From Scyliorhinus canicula (Eukaryota), in contig NW_024055820.1 in the NCBI RefSeq assembly GCF_902713615.1, positions 1,045,220 through 1,109,219 of the forward strand: DNA of 64,000 bases. The letters run 5' to 3'. Positions 11,691-24,489 of this stretch are shown here, in pieces (the first letter of the stretch is position 1; every line of letters starts with the position of its first letter). The position numbers and the translations under genes are program-made. The notes below the pieces were generated by a model that ran no database searches, had not been told where the DNA came from, and was given only the letters and a program-made list of their open reading frames with translations.

Positions 11691-12321
11691 GTGGGGCAGT
11701 ACGGTAGCATAGTGGTTAGCACAATTGCATCACAGCCCCTGGGTCCCAGGTTTGATTGTGTGTGAAGTTGGATCAAAGAAAAAAAGGTGTTTTGTGGAGA
11801 AGCAGAACTCTTGCCTCCTTTATTCTACAGCAACCCAGAAGCTCGAAGACAGAGGAAATAATGTTCTACAGGAACTAGAATTGTCCGTTCTGAATTTTTA
11901 TCCTGTACTAACAATGATGACTTTTGTAAATTGTTTTTAAAGGATATTGGAAAAGGAGGAATTATAGACAGAAATCTCAAAGATCACGTCTCGATGCGAC
12001 AAACTCACTCGATTTCTTCTGATCAGAATATTTTTGGGCTCTGAATATCATCGGTGAGAAGGAGAAATATTTGTCCGATCTGTCGGCTTCAAAATATTTT
12101 AAACGTGAGTGACTGGAAAAGCACCTGACCCACACAACACACACCCAAGTGAGAGTGTTCCAGTGAACTGACTGTGGAAAGAGCTTAAACCAGTTACACA
12201 GCCTGAAAAAACATCACACCATTCACAGTGAGGAGAGACAGTGCACATGTTGTGTGTGGAGGATACGGGGCAAGGCTTCCACTGATTGTCCAATCTGGAG
12301 ATTCACGAGGAGACCCAAAAC

Positions 12322-13272
12322 ATGGAGAAACCGTGGAAATGTGGGGACTGTGGAAAGGGATACGGATTTCCATCTGAGCTGGAGACTCATCGACGCATTC
12401 ACACTGGAGAGAGGCCGTTCACCTGCTCTCACTGTGAGAAGTGTTTCACTCGGTTATCCACCCTGCAGGCACACCAGCGAGTTCACACTGGGGAGAGACC
12501 ATTCACCTGTTCTCAGTGTGGGAAAGCATTCAGTGACTCAGCCACACTGCAGAGACACCAGCGAGTTCACACTGGGGACAAACCATTCACCTGCTCCCTC
12601 TGTGGGAATGGATTTGCACAGTTATCCACCCTCCAGACACATCAGCGAGTTCACACTGGGGAGAGGCCATTCACCTGCTCTCAGTGTGGGAAAGCATTCA
12701 GTGACTCAGCCACCCTGCAGAGACACCAGCGAGTTCACACTGGGGAGAAACCATTCACTTGCTCCCATTGTGGAAATGGATTCACACAGTTATCCACCCT
12801 GCTGTCACACCAGCGAGTTCACACCAGGGAGAGGCCATATACTTGTTCTCAGTGTGGGAAGGGATTCATTAATTCGTCCAACCTGCGGACACATCAGCGA
12901 GTTCACACTGGGGAGAAACCATTTAACTGCTCCCTCTGTGGGAATGGATTCACGCAGTTATCCAGCCTGCAGAAACACCAGCGAGTTCACACTGGGGAGA
13001 GGCCATTCACCTGCTCTCAGTGTGGGAAGGGATTCAGTAATCCGTCAAACCTGCAGACACACCAGCGAGTTCACTCTGGGGAGAGGCCGTTCACCTGCTC
13101 TCAGTGTGGGAAGGGATTTGTTAATTCGTCCAACCTGCTGAAACACGAGCGAGTTCATACTGGGGAGAAACCATTTATCTGTTCCCTCTGTGGGAATGGA
13201 TTCTCACAGTTATCCAGTCTGCAGACACACCAGCGAGTTCACACTGGGGCGAGGTCATTCACCTGCTCTTAG
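12322..13272 (+). CDS. Tandem C2H2 zinc-finger protein, 11 fingers (type A, starts MEKPWKC), 3'-truncated
   Basis: 11 CxxC-x12-HxxxH with TGE(R/K)PF linkers. TAG replaces CAG in finger 12, just before a CR1 insertion. Acceptor near 11942. Confidence 0.85.
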   Translation: MEKPWKCGDCGKGYGFPSELETHRRIHTGERPFTCSHCEKCFTRLSTLQAHQRVHTGERPFTCSQCGKAFSDSATLQRHQRVHTGDKPFTCSLCGNGFAQLSTLQTHQRVHTGERPFTCSQCGKAFSDSATLQRHQRVHTGEKPFTCSHCGNGFTQLSTLLSHQRVHTRERPYTCSQCGKGFINSSNLRTHQRVHTGEKPFNCSLCGNGFTQLSSLQKHQRVHTGERPFTCSQCGKGFSNPSNLQTHQRVHSGERPFTCSQCGKGFVNSSNLLKHERVHTGEKPFICSLCGNGFSQLSSLQTHQRVHTGARSFTCS

Positions 13273-13286
13273 TGTGGGAAGGGATT

Positions 13287-15645
13287 ACATAGAAAATAGG
13301 AGCAGGAAGAGACCTGTTGGTCCTTCACACCTGCTCCGCCATTCATTATGATCATGGCTTATCATCCAACTCAATAGCCCAATCCCGCTTTCCCCTCCAT
13401 ATCCTTTGATCCCCTTTGCCCTAAGTGCTATATCTAACTGTTTCTTGAAAACATACAATGTATTGGCCTCAACTATTTCCTGAGGTAACAAATTCCACAG
13501 ACTCACCACTCTCTGATGAAGAAGTTTCTCCTCATCTCTATCTTAAATGGTCTTCCCCGTATCCTCAGACTGCGACCTCTGGTTCTGTACACTCCCATCA
13601 TCGGGAAAATCTTTCCTGCATCTACCCTGTCAAGTCCTGTTGGAATATTATAGGTTTCTATGAGACCCCTCATTCTTTTGAACTCCAGTGAATACAAACC
13701 TAACTGATTCAATCTCTCGTGTGTCTGCCCCACCATCCCAGGAATCAGTCTGGTAAACCTTCGCTGCACTCCCTCTCAAGCAAGAACATCCTTCCTCCGA
13801 TAAGGAGACCAATACTGCTCACAATATTCTAGGTATGGCCTCGCCAAGGCCCTATATAATTGCAGCAAGATATTCCTGCTCCTGTACTCGAATCCGCTTG
13901 CAATGAAGGCTAGCATACCATTTGCCTTCTTTACCGCCTGCTGTATGCTTACCTTCAGTGACTGGTGTACAAGGATAACAAGGTCTCGTTGCACATTCCC
14001 CTCTCCTAATCTATGGCCATTCAGCTAATAGTCTGTCTTCTTCTTTTTGGTACCAAAGTGGATAACCTCGCATTTCTACAAATTATATTGCATCTGCCAT
14101 TCATTTGCCCACTCACTCAACTTGTCCAGATCACACTGAAGGATCTCTGCATCCTCTTCACAGCTCACCCTCCCACGCAGCTTGTGTCATCTGAAAATTT
14201 GGAGATATTGCATTTTGTTCCCTCATCTAAATCGTTAATAGATAAGGTGGTGCAGTGGTTAGCACTGCTGCCTCACGGAGCTGAGGACCAGTGTTCAATC
14301 CGTGCCACTGTCCATGTGGAGACAAGTTATCCCCGTGTCTGCGTGAGTCTCACCCCATAATCCAAAGATGTGCAGGGTAGGTGAATTGGCCACGCTAAAT
14401 TGCCCCTTAATTGGAAAACAATAATTGGGTATTTTACATTTTTTTTGCAAATCATTAATATATCTTGTGAATATCTGGGGTCTGAGCACCGAACCCTGCG
14501 GTACCCCACTAGCCACTGCCTGCCAATTTGAAAAAGACCATTAATTCCTACTCTTTATTTCCTGTCTGCCAACCAATTTTCTACCTATCTCAACACACTA
14601 CCCCAAATCCCATGTGCTTTAATTTTACACACTAATCTCTTATGCGGGACTTTGTCAAAAGCCATCTGAAAGTCCAAATATACCACATCCACTGGCTGCC
14701 CCTCGTCAACTCTACCAGTTACACCCTCGAAGAATTCCAGTAGATTTGTCAAGTATGATTTCTCCTTCATAAATCCATGCTGACACTGTCCGATCCTGCC
14801 ACTGTTTTCCTAATGCTTTGCTCTAAAATCTTTGATCATGGATTCTGGAATTTGGCTGATGTCAGGCTTACTGGTCTATAATTCCCTGTTTTCTCTCTAT
14901 CTCGCTTTTTAAATAGTGGAGTTACATAAGCCACCCTCCAATCTGCAGGAACTGTTCCAGAGTCTATAGAATCCTGGAAGATGACCACCAATGCTTCCAC
15001 TATTTCTAGAGCCACTTCCTTAATTACTTTGGGATGCAGATTCTCAGGCCCAGGGGATTTATCAGCCTTCAATCCCATCAATTTTCCCAACACCATTTCT
15101 CTCCTAATATTGATCTCTTTTCAGTTCCTCCCTCTCACTAAATCCTGCATTCACCAACATTTCTGGTATCTGATTTGTACCCTCATTTGTGAAGACAGAA
15201 CTAAAGTATGTATTTATTTGCTCAGCCATTACTTTGTTCCCTATTATACATTCCCCTGTTTCTGACTGGAAAGAACCTACATTTGTCTTCATCAATCTTT
15301 TTCTCTTCATATATCTATGCAAACCTTTACAACCAGCCTAATTTCCTGTTTTGTGCCATTCCCAATATCACCACTGCAGTTTGGGCGTCTATATACGATG
15401 CCCATTAATTTCCGTACCACTTGGTGTTTCTCAGCTCAACACCATACAGATTCCACATTGTCGGAGCTAATATCCTTCCTCACTATTGCATTAATTTCCT
15501 GTTTAACCAGCACTGCCTCTCCACTGCCTTTTCCTTTTTGTCTGTCCTTCCTAAATACTGAATATATTCAGTTCCCATCCCTGGTCATCCTGCAGCCATG
15601 CCTCCATAATCCCGATTATCTCACACCCGTTCACGTCTGTTTGCG
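13287..15645 (-). mobile_element. CR1 LINE (RT region to 3' end), decayed, with nested SINE at 14245-14450
   Basis: KSPGP, NYRPVSLTS, VYLDFQMAFDKVPH, SGVPQGSVL, LEYCEQYWSP, TRGR motifs; flanked by gatt/gatt inside the ZNF array. Confidence 0.9.
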
Positions 15646-15646
15646 C

Positions 15647-16020
15647 GATTCACTCAGTTATGCCGTCTGCAGTCACACCAGGGAGTTCACACTGGGGTGA
15701 GGCCGTTCACCTGCCCTCAATGTGCGAAGGGGTTTTGTAATTCATCGCACTTTTTAAAAATATAAATTTAGACAACCCAATTCATTTTTTCCAATTAAGA
15801 GGCAATTTAGCGTCGCCAATCCACTAACCCTGCACATCTGTAGGTTGTTGGGGCAAAACCCAGGCAAACACAGGGAGAATGTGCAAACTCCACACGGACA
15901 GTGACCCAGGGCCGGGATCGAACCTGGGATGTCGGCGCTGTGAGGCAGCAATGCTAACCACTGCGCCACCGTGCTGCCCACTTCATCGCACTTTCTGAGA
16001 CACCAACAGGTTCACAACTG
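15647..16020 (+). pseudogene. Detached last two fingers of the 12322 gene, split by a SINE (15754-15981)
   Basis: Resumes gattcactcagttatgc...cacactggggtgaggccgttcacctgc; SINE TSD ttcatcgcacttt; ends caggttcacaactga. Confidence 0.85.
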
Positions 16021-18687
16021 ATTACAGGGATTGGATTCTGTTGTTATTGTTTCTGTTCTCAATTACATCCAGGACAGTATTTTGTTCATTCTGTTGGTCA
16101 ATGGGGATGGTCAGAGGGTTTCTTTCTGCTGGACTGGCCGGTCTCATGGCTTCGTCTCCAATGGTTTGATTCTCTCTGAGCCTTCTTGCGAATATCTGAT
16201 TGCACATTTCATAAGGAGTGAAAGGGTGTTTGGAGGTTACAAGATGTTACAAGATGTTTCATTGCCGTTTCTGTCTGGGAACCCCAAAAGTCATGCCACA
16301 TTGCCATGAAGATGGGCTATGGTGGTTACATGGTTGTTTTGTTTAATTTATCTTAGTGCTTCTCAAAGAAGGAAACTATTAGGGTATGAGGGGCAAGTTA
16401 TCTGAGGTGCACTGGGAAACTACATTAAACAGTATGGTGGGAGACAGGCAATCACAAATATTTACAGAATTATTACAGATTTACACGGAGATCGGTAGCT
16501 CAGGTTGCTGGGTGGCTGGTTCGTGCTGAGTGACACCAACAGCACAGGTTAAATTCCCATACCGGCTGAGGTTAGCCATGGTCTGTGTCAGTATTTATGC
16601 TCCACATGAGCCTCCACCCACCCCTCTACATCTCCCCCATCAGCATCTCCTATTCCTTTCTCCCTCATGTATGTATTTAGCTTTACGTTCAATGGATTTA
16701 TGCTGTTCATCTCATGCAGTCGCCGTGGTCGCAAGTTACAAATTCTCACCACTCGTTTTGTAAAGAGGTTTCCACTGAATTCCTATGGGATTACTGAATC
16801 CCTTCATAATCTGTAAGACTTCCATCAGTCTTCTCTTTTCCAGAAAAAAGCAGCCCCAGCCTTTCCTGAGTGTTAAATGCTCTCAGTTCTGTATATTATG
16901 AGACTTTGTTGCACCTTCTCCAGTGCCACTATTTCCTTTTTCTAAATGGAGATCACCAATGTTGACAGAGACTCCCAGTGCTGTCTAACCCTGGCTCTAA
17001 ACAAGTTGAACATTTCTTCCGTGTGTTTCAATTCTATCCCTCTGGAATGGAACCCAATATATGGGTCCCACACTTGAGGCAAGATGTGAACTTCTTAGGT
17101 ATAGAGGACATTTACAATAATCTTTATTATTGTCAGAAGTAGGCTTACATTAACACTGCAATGAAGTTACTGTGAACATTTACAAGAATGGCACCAGAGA
17201 TGAGGGACTCCAGTTAGTTGGAGTGACTGGAGCAGCTGAATGTCTCTCCTGAGATCACAGCATCTGGAGGGTGAGGAATGGGGCCATTCAGCCCTTTGAG
17301 ACCGTGTTGGCTCCCTGTAGAGCAAGTCAGACGGTCCATTGCACCGTTCTGTCCCCAAATCCCTGTGGGTTTATTTCTCTCAGTGCCCGTCCAATTTCAT
17401 GTTGAAATCCTTCCCTCATTTCTGCATCTCCCACCCTCATAGGCAGTAGGCTCCAGGTCGTTACCACTCATTTTCATGTACACAAGGTTCCCAGAGCACA
17501 TAGGAGTCTATTTGGCGATCCATTTAATCTCATTGTTAAGAGTTTTTTTTTCAGAATGCATCAAATTCCCTTTTGGAAGTTACAGTCCAATGAGATTTCA
17601 GCACCATTGATAAACAGTGCATTCCAAATCACAAAAACATAATTGTGCATGTGGTGTGTCTGGGGTTTCACAGAGTATTCAAAGTGGTGTCAACGACGTT
17701 ATTGCACAAAATTAAGACTCAATCTTTATCAATGATTTTGGTGAGGAAATCGATTGTAATATATCCGAGTTTGCGGATAATTAGAATAAATGGACATTTG
17801 TATAAAACCTCTCACTACCACTGGACCTCCTGAAGTGTTTTAAAGCCAATGGAATACTTTTAAAACATATTCACTGTTGTAATGGAGGAAGCTGTAAGGA
17901 CGGATGTGTAATCACATTTAGTTTTAAAATTGTTATTTTCATAGTGCATTCACTGTCATTAGTAACAAGGCCAAGAAAGCCCTTTTATACCTCTAACATG
18001 TGGCTTCCTGCAGCCATTTCACCTTCTGTACCTTTACTATATTAACTATGTATTGACTTCATAGCAAAAAACAATAATTAAATTAATGATTATTCAGTAG
18101 TGAACATTGATTATCATTAGTGAATTGGTGTATTGGGTAATTATATTGTATTCAAAAAAATAACACGATCAACCAAAATGTTTCCAGAAACTGCAGAGCT
18201 GTAAAAATCTGTTTGAAAAAATAAATTACTTTATAATCTTGAGAAGTTGCAAGACATCATATTCTGCCAAGACTATGTGGGCTGGGCAGTGGAGTAATGG
18301 TATTGTTACTGAGCTTGTAATCCAGAGACCCAGGTTAATGCTCTGGGGATCTGGGATCGAATCTGCCTGTGAAATTGAATAAAAGCCTCAAATTGAAAGT
18401 CTAATATTGACATTGTCAATTGTTGTAAAAACTCATCTGGTTCACTAATGTCCTTCAGGAAATCTGCTCTCCTTACGTAGTCTGGCCTACACGTGACTCC
18501 AGATCCACAGCAATGTTGTGGTTGATTTGTAAGTGCCCTCTGAAATAGCCTCACAAGACACGCAGTTCAGGGGCAATTGGAATGAGCAGTAAATGCTGGC
18601 CCAGCCAGTGACACCCACCTCCCATGAATTAATGATTTTTAAGGCGGCTCATTGTTCAATCTGAAGACGAGTAAGAAACTGTCTCTT

Positions 18688-18860
18688 TGATTGGATTTGA
18701 TTTATTATCGATGGACAGCGAAAGGTATTGTTCTGCGCACAGTCCAGACAGATTGCTCCATACATGAAAAAACAGGACATCCGATAAATACACAATGTAA
18801 ATATATAGACACCGATACCGGGTGAAGCATAGGGAGTGTAGTACTACTCAGTAGAGAACC
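18688..18860 (-). mobile_element. Rex1/Babar-type LINE 3' end fragment
   Basis: gggtgaagcatagggagtgtagtactactcagtagaga resembles the 3' UTR at 52380-52550. Confidence 0.5.
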
Positions 18861-19069
18861 AGTGTATCCTGTATCAATCAAATGTATTAATTAAATATTA
18901 CTGTATTAATTAGCTATGAGTCTGTAACAGATGATGAAATACATAGTCATCCTTAATTAAGTTACAATTAATGAAACAATAATGAATCAGTAGTTATAGT
19001 AAATGTCTGAGTTTTATTTGTTATAAAAATGTAAAAGCTTAATTGCTGTGTATATAAAGAATGTGCAAT

Positions 19070-19230
19070 GAAAAATGAAATGAAAATCGCTTGTCACGAG
19101 TAGGCTTCAATGACGTTACTGTGAAAAGCCCCCAGTCGCCACATTCCGGCGCCTGTCCGGGAATCGAACCGTGCTGCTGGCCTCCTTTAAAAGCCAGCGA
19201 TTTAGCTGAGTGAGCTAAACCAGCCCCAAG
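19070..19230 (-). mobile_element. Short tRNA-headed SINE (ggggctggtttagctcac family)
   Basis: Same family on + at 22284-22460; tail ttcattttcatttt. Confidence 0.7.
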
Positions 19231-19789
19231 TAGCAGCAAGAGAGACCTCCCAACTCTGATTAGCCTCAATGTTTGAATAAGGAATTGTGCAGAATCTGAT
19301 AAAGGGATAGTATGAAACAGTTCAATTGTATTCCTGTCAAAGGTAATGAGAGGTGGTGTCAGTAATTAAAGATCCAATTAAATTAAACTGGTGCCCAATT
19401 GACCAATGGTCATGTTACCACAGGCCCAACTCTGACATGAGGTAATGGTCACTTTGGGGGTAAAAGTCGACGTTCTGAAGGTCTTCCTTGCTGGCCAAGT
19501 ACTGAAGACTCTCGAGGCCGAGTTCCAAGGAAATTACTGTCAAAGAAGGAGCCAGGGAGGGTTACGCTTCTACAGACTGATCACCTGCATGAAGTTGTAA
19601 ACGTCAATGTCTTCAAATTGTTCAGTAAACCTTTTTCTTTTAATAAACTCCTTTTTACATTTACTGTCCAGAACTCTGCCTTTGCTTTAATTAGTTAAAT
19701 TTCTTGTCCGAACCAAAGCAAATTTATTAAATGGTAAGTTGGGAGTGGCTGAAATCAATGAGGATCAGATAGCATCAATCTTCAATTTA

Positions 19790-20110
19790 AAACTTGCACT
19801 TCTGTAGCGCCTTTCACAAACACAACATGCCCCAAAGAGCTTCTGAAGTGTAGTCACTGTTAGAGGAAATGCAGCAGCCAATTTCCACAAAGCAAGATCC
19901 CACAAACAGCAATGTGATAATGAGCAGATGATTGGATTTTGGTGATGTTGATTGAGGGATAAATATTTGACAGGACACCGGGAATAACTCCAACTCGTCA
20001 CAATAATGGCCAAGGGAACTTTTACATGAACTTAGAGGGGCAGATAGGGCTTCAGTTGAACATCTTACTTGAAACAAACTCTGACAGTGCAGCACTCCCT
20101 CAGTGCTGGG
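19790..20110 (-). mobile_element. Deu-domain SINE (SacSINE1/AmnSINE1-like)
   Basis: Minus strand atttatccctcaatcaacatcac...attatcacattgctgtttgtgggatcttgctttgtggaaattggctgctgcatttcc resembles the DeuSINE core; tail gtgaaaggcgcta. Confidence 0.7.
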
Positions 20111-20810
20111 ACGAGGAATATTGGATGTGATTTTTGTCCTCAGGTCCCTGGACTGGGACTTGATTAAATTGATTTGATTGGGATTTTAATGGGGTTGGTT
20201 GAGAGGGGTTGGTTTGAGAGGGGCTGCAGTTTGTACCTGTTGCACGTTTAGGATTGATGTGGCTATGGTTGTCCGGCGGGGGGGGGGGGGGGGGGTTGGG
20301 GGTCGGGGCAATAGAATGGGGAATATATGGTCCCCTGGGGAGTTTGGGTTTTGGCTGCTCATCCGTAGTTGGTATTGGCTGGGAGGTGTTGTTTGTTTTT
20401 GTTCTTTGAGCGTACACTGTGGGTGGAGGGTTATCTTTGCTAGCTGTAAAGTTTCAGCGAGTGAACGGAGTGAGGTGGGGAGAAGGGCTGTGGCCTGTTG
20501 GAGCTGCTGGAGCGAGGTTCAGTGAGCCAAGCTTATTTATTTGGTGGGGAGAGGAGGGAGTTGTTTTTCTGGAAAGCTTTTTTATCACGGTTATGGCGAG
20601 GAGGCTGGAGGGAGGGATGTGCCTAGGACTAAGGGCTTGTCAGTGCCACGTCCTTGGGGAAGTGCTGGGTGATGTCTTGAGTGGGTCCTGGCCACGGGTC
20701 GGTCAGAGCTGGCGAACATTGTCTTTTACCTTTCGGAATTGGTCAGTCAGTGAGTGGGGGGACCTCGAGTTGTTGTTTTCTCTTCAAGGGAAGGTATTTT
20801 GTGTTTTATA
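20110..20810 (-). mobile_element. Decayed LINE-like fragment with poly(G), family uncertain
   Basis: Strong strand asymmetry; abuts the Deu-SINE; no clean motif. Confidence 0.3.
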
Positions 20811-20949
20811 AAATGAAAAATGTAATTCAAATATTTTCAGAAAAAAACATTCCTTTAAGACCTCAAACTGTGGACTCCTCAGTTCATGTGTGGGCTTCAC
20901 TGTCTTTTGCTGAGGAATTTAAACATGAGGAACATTCCCAGCTCCTCCA

Positions 20950-23900
20950 GTCTTACAAGAACAAAGTAAATTCCAGGAACAGGCCCTTTGGCCCTCCAAG
21001 CCTACACTGACCATGCTGCCCGTCTGAACTAAAAGCCCCTACCCTTCCGGGAACCATATCTCTCTATTCCCATCCTATTCATGTATTTGTCAAGACGTCA
21101 TTATCATAACTGCTTCCACCACCTCCCCCAGCAGCGAGTTCCAGGCTCCCACCACCCTCTGTTCAAAATGCTGGCCTCGTACATTTCCTTTAAACTTTGC
21201 TCCTTAAACCTATGCCCCCTCGTAATTGACCCTTGCACCCAAGGAAAAAGCTTCTGTCCACTCTGTCCATGCCCCGTATAATCTTGTAGACTTCTATCAG
21301 GTCGCCCCTCAACCTCCGTCATTATCCAACCTATCCTGATAGCTAATGCCTTCCATACCAGGCAACATCCTGGTAAATCCTGTCTGTACTGTCTCCAAAG
21401 CCTCCACAAACATCTTTGATTTGATTTATTGTCACATGTACCAAAGTACAGTGAAAAGTATTTTTCTGCGGCCAAGGGAATGTACACAGTACGTATATAG
21501 TAGACAAAAAAAGAATAATCGACAGAGTACATTGACAAATGGTACATTGACAAACAGTGATTGGTTACAGTATGGAACAAGGGCCAAACAGCAACACATG
21601 CGCAAGAACAGTATAGGATGTCATGAATAGTGTTCTTACAGGGAACAGATCAGTCCAAGGAAGAGTCATTGAGGAGGCTGTGGGGAAAATGTTGTTCCTC
21701 TATGTGGATGTGCGGGTCTTCAGATTTCATATCTTCTGCCTGATGGAAGGGTCTGGAAGAAGGCAATGCCTGGGTGGGAGGGCTCTCTGATAATGCTGTC
21801 TGCCTTCCTGAGGCAGAGGGAGGTGTAGACAGAATCAATGTGTAAATGGCAAGCTTCTGTGATGCGTTGGGCTGAGTTCACCACAGCGCAGTTTATTGCT
21901 ATCTTGGGCCGAGCAGTTGCCATACCAAGCTGTGATGCAGCCGGATAGTGGCACATCTGGAGAAGTGGGTGAGAATCGATGCAGACAAGCCAAATTTCTT
22001 TAGCTTCCGTAGGAAGTAGAGACGTTGCTGGGCTTTCTTGGCTGTTGCATGAAAGTTAGTGGACCAGGACAGACTGTTGGTGATGGTGACTCTCAGGAAC
22101 TTAAAGCTCTGGTAATGTGGCGACCAGAATTGAACAAGATATTCCAAGTGAAGCCTAACTAAGGTTCTAGAAAGGTGCAACATGACTTGCCAATTTTTAA
22201 AGGCATGGCCCCGGCCATTGAAGGCAAGTGCGCCATATGCCTTTTTAAAATAAATTTAGATTACCCAATTATTTTGGGTCATCAGGGGCTGGTTTAGCTC
22301 ACTTGGCTAAATCGCTGGCTTTTAAAGCACACCAAGCAGGCCAGCAGCACGGTTCGATTCCCGTACCAGCCTCCCCGAACAGGCGCCGGAATGTGGCGAC
22401 AAGGGGCTTTTCACAGTAACTTCATTGAAGCCTACTCGTGACAATAAGCGATTTTCATTTTTTTTTTCATTTTTCCAATTAAGGGGCAATTTAGTGTGGC
22501 CAATCCACCTACTCTGCACATTTTTGGGTTGTGGGGGCGAAACCCACGCAGACACGGGGAGAATGTGCAAACTCCACACGGACAGTGACCCAGAGCCGGG
22601 ATCGAACCTGGGACCTCAGCGCCGTGAGGCGGTTGTGCTAACCACTAGGCCACCGTGCTGCCCCGCCATATGCCTTCTTGACTACCTTCTCGACGTGCAT
22701 TGCCACTTTCAGTGAAGTGTGCACCTGTACACACACATCCCTCTGCCTATCAATACTCTTAAGGGTTCTGCCATTTACTGTATATTTCCCACCTGTATTC
22801 GACCTTCCAAAATGCATTCCCTCACATTTTCATAGAATTTACAGTGCAGAAGGAGGCCATTCGGCCCATCGAGTCTGCACCGGCTCTTGGAAAGAGCACC
22901 CTACCCAAGGTCAACACCTCCACCCTATCCCCATAACCCAGTAACCCCACCCAACACTAAGGGCAATTTTGGATACTAAGGGCAATTTATCATGGCCAAT
23001 CCACCTAATTTGTCTGTAATAAACTCCACCTACCATTTCTCCGCCCAAGTCTCCAGCTACTGTATCGTCTGACAGTCCTCATCGCTTTCCGCAATTCCAC
23101 CAACCTTTGTGTCGTCTGCAAACTTGCCAATCAAATCAGTTATTTTCTTCCAAATCAATTGTACATATTACAAACAGCAATGGTCCCAGCACTGATCCCT
23201 GAGAAACATCACTAGTCACAGTACTCCATTCAGAAACACACCCTTCCACTGTCCTCTGTCTTCTATAACGGAGCCATTTCTGTATCCATTGTGTCAACTT
23301 CACCTTCTGAACCAGTCTGCCATGAGGCCTTGTAAAAGGCCGTACTGAAGTCCATGCAGACAACATCCACTGCCCTACCCTCATCAATCATCTTCGTCAC
23401 TTCCTCGAATACCGCGATCATGTTAGTGAGACACAACCTCCCCTTCACAAAACCATGTTCCCACTCACCAATACGTCCATTTATTTCCAAGTGGGAGTAA
23501 ATTGTGTCTCGATGAATCCTCTCCAAATATTTCCCCATCAGTGATGTAAGGCTCACCGGCCTGTAATTACATGGATTATCCTTGCTACCCTTCTTAAACA
23601 AAGGAACAACATTGGCTATTCTCCAATCCTCTGGATCCCATCAGGCCATGGGCACTTCATGTTTTTAAGACCCCTAGTACATCCTCCTTTTTGATCTCCA
23701 CATGACCCAAACTATTTACACACATTTCTCCAAACTCATTATCTACCAAATCCTTCTCTTTGGTGAATACAAACAAAGTACTCATTTAATACCTTGTCCA
23801 TTTCCTCTGGCTCCATGCGAGATTTCCTCCCCTGTCCTGGAGTGGGTCAACCCCCTCCCTGGCTACCCCATTGGTCTTTATATATGTGTAAAAAGACTCG

Positions 23901-24030
23901 ACATTTTCCTTAATCCTGCTGGCCAATGACTTTTCATGACCCCTTTTTGCCCTCCAAACTCCTTGCTTAAGTTTCGTTCTGCTTTCCTTGTACTCCACAC
24001 TTGCTATCTGTGTTCCCAGCGGTAAAGTCA
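20950..24030 (-). mobile_element. CR1 LINE broken by nested Rex1 (21415-22108) and SINEs (22245-22665, 22830-23010)
   Basis: FKKGSKDNPCNYRPVSLTS, VCMDFSTAF, SQGSVLGPLLF, LEYLVQFWSPH, TRGHRFK in collinear order. Confidence 0.85.
21415..22108 (-). mobile_element. Rex1/Babar-type LINE 3' portion
   Basis: FKFLRV, KAQQRLYFLRKL, LPSGRRY motifs plus the family 3' tail. Confidence 0.8.
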
Positions 24031-24489
24031 TGGATATGCTGGCCTATGAGGTTACAGATTGTAATTGAATATTAAGCTGCAGATGGCCCACAGCACCTCT
24101 TGGATACCCTGTTTTATCGAGATGTGTTCTGAATCCCCATTTAGCACAGTGATAGTGTCACACAGGACAATGGAGGGTATCCTCAGTGTGAAGATGGGAC
24201 TTTGTCTCATAAGATCACAAGAATATTGTTTTTTTCTATTCTTCCTGCCAAACTGGACAAGTGAAATACATCCCATGGCCCGAGGCCAGGACAAAGTTAC
24301 ACTTTAATGGTTTAATTACAGGGCAACTGCTGTGAATCCCATAAAGGTTGGATGAGCTAAGGTCTGGAACCGTTAACTCCCCAGCCATTGATAATTATGA
24401 GCTGTACTTCTGTTCGAGGCCCTGTTGTGTGAAGAAAACAACTGTGAGATTTCAAACCTTCAACCTTGCGTCTTAAATTAGTTTAACCT

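Noticed and set aside
12254-13141. 295-aa alternative-frame ORF over the ZNF gene (also 30046-30837 and 53938-54348)
   Set aside because: Stop-poor shifted frames ([12 protein letters not shown] repeats) are an expected by-product of C2H2 linker codons; no independent evidence of function
17890-19740. Possible long LTR with nested SINEs
   Set aside because: Could not define both termini or a TSD
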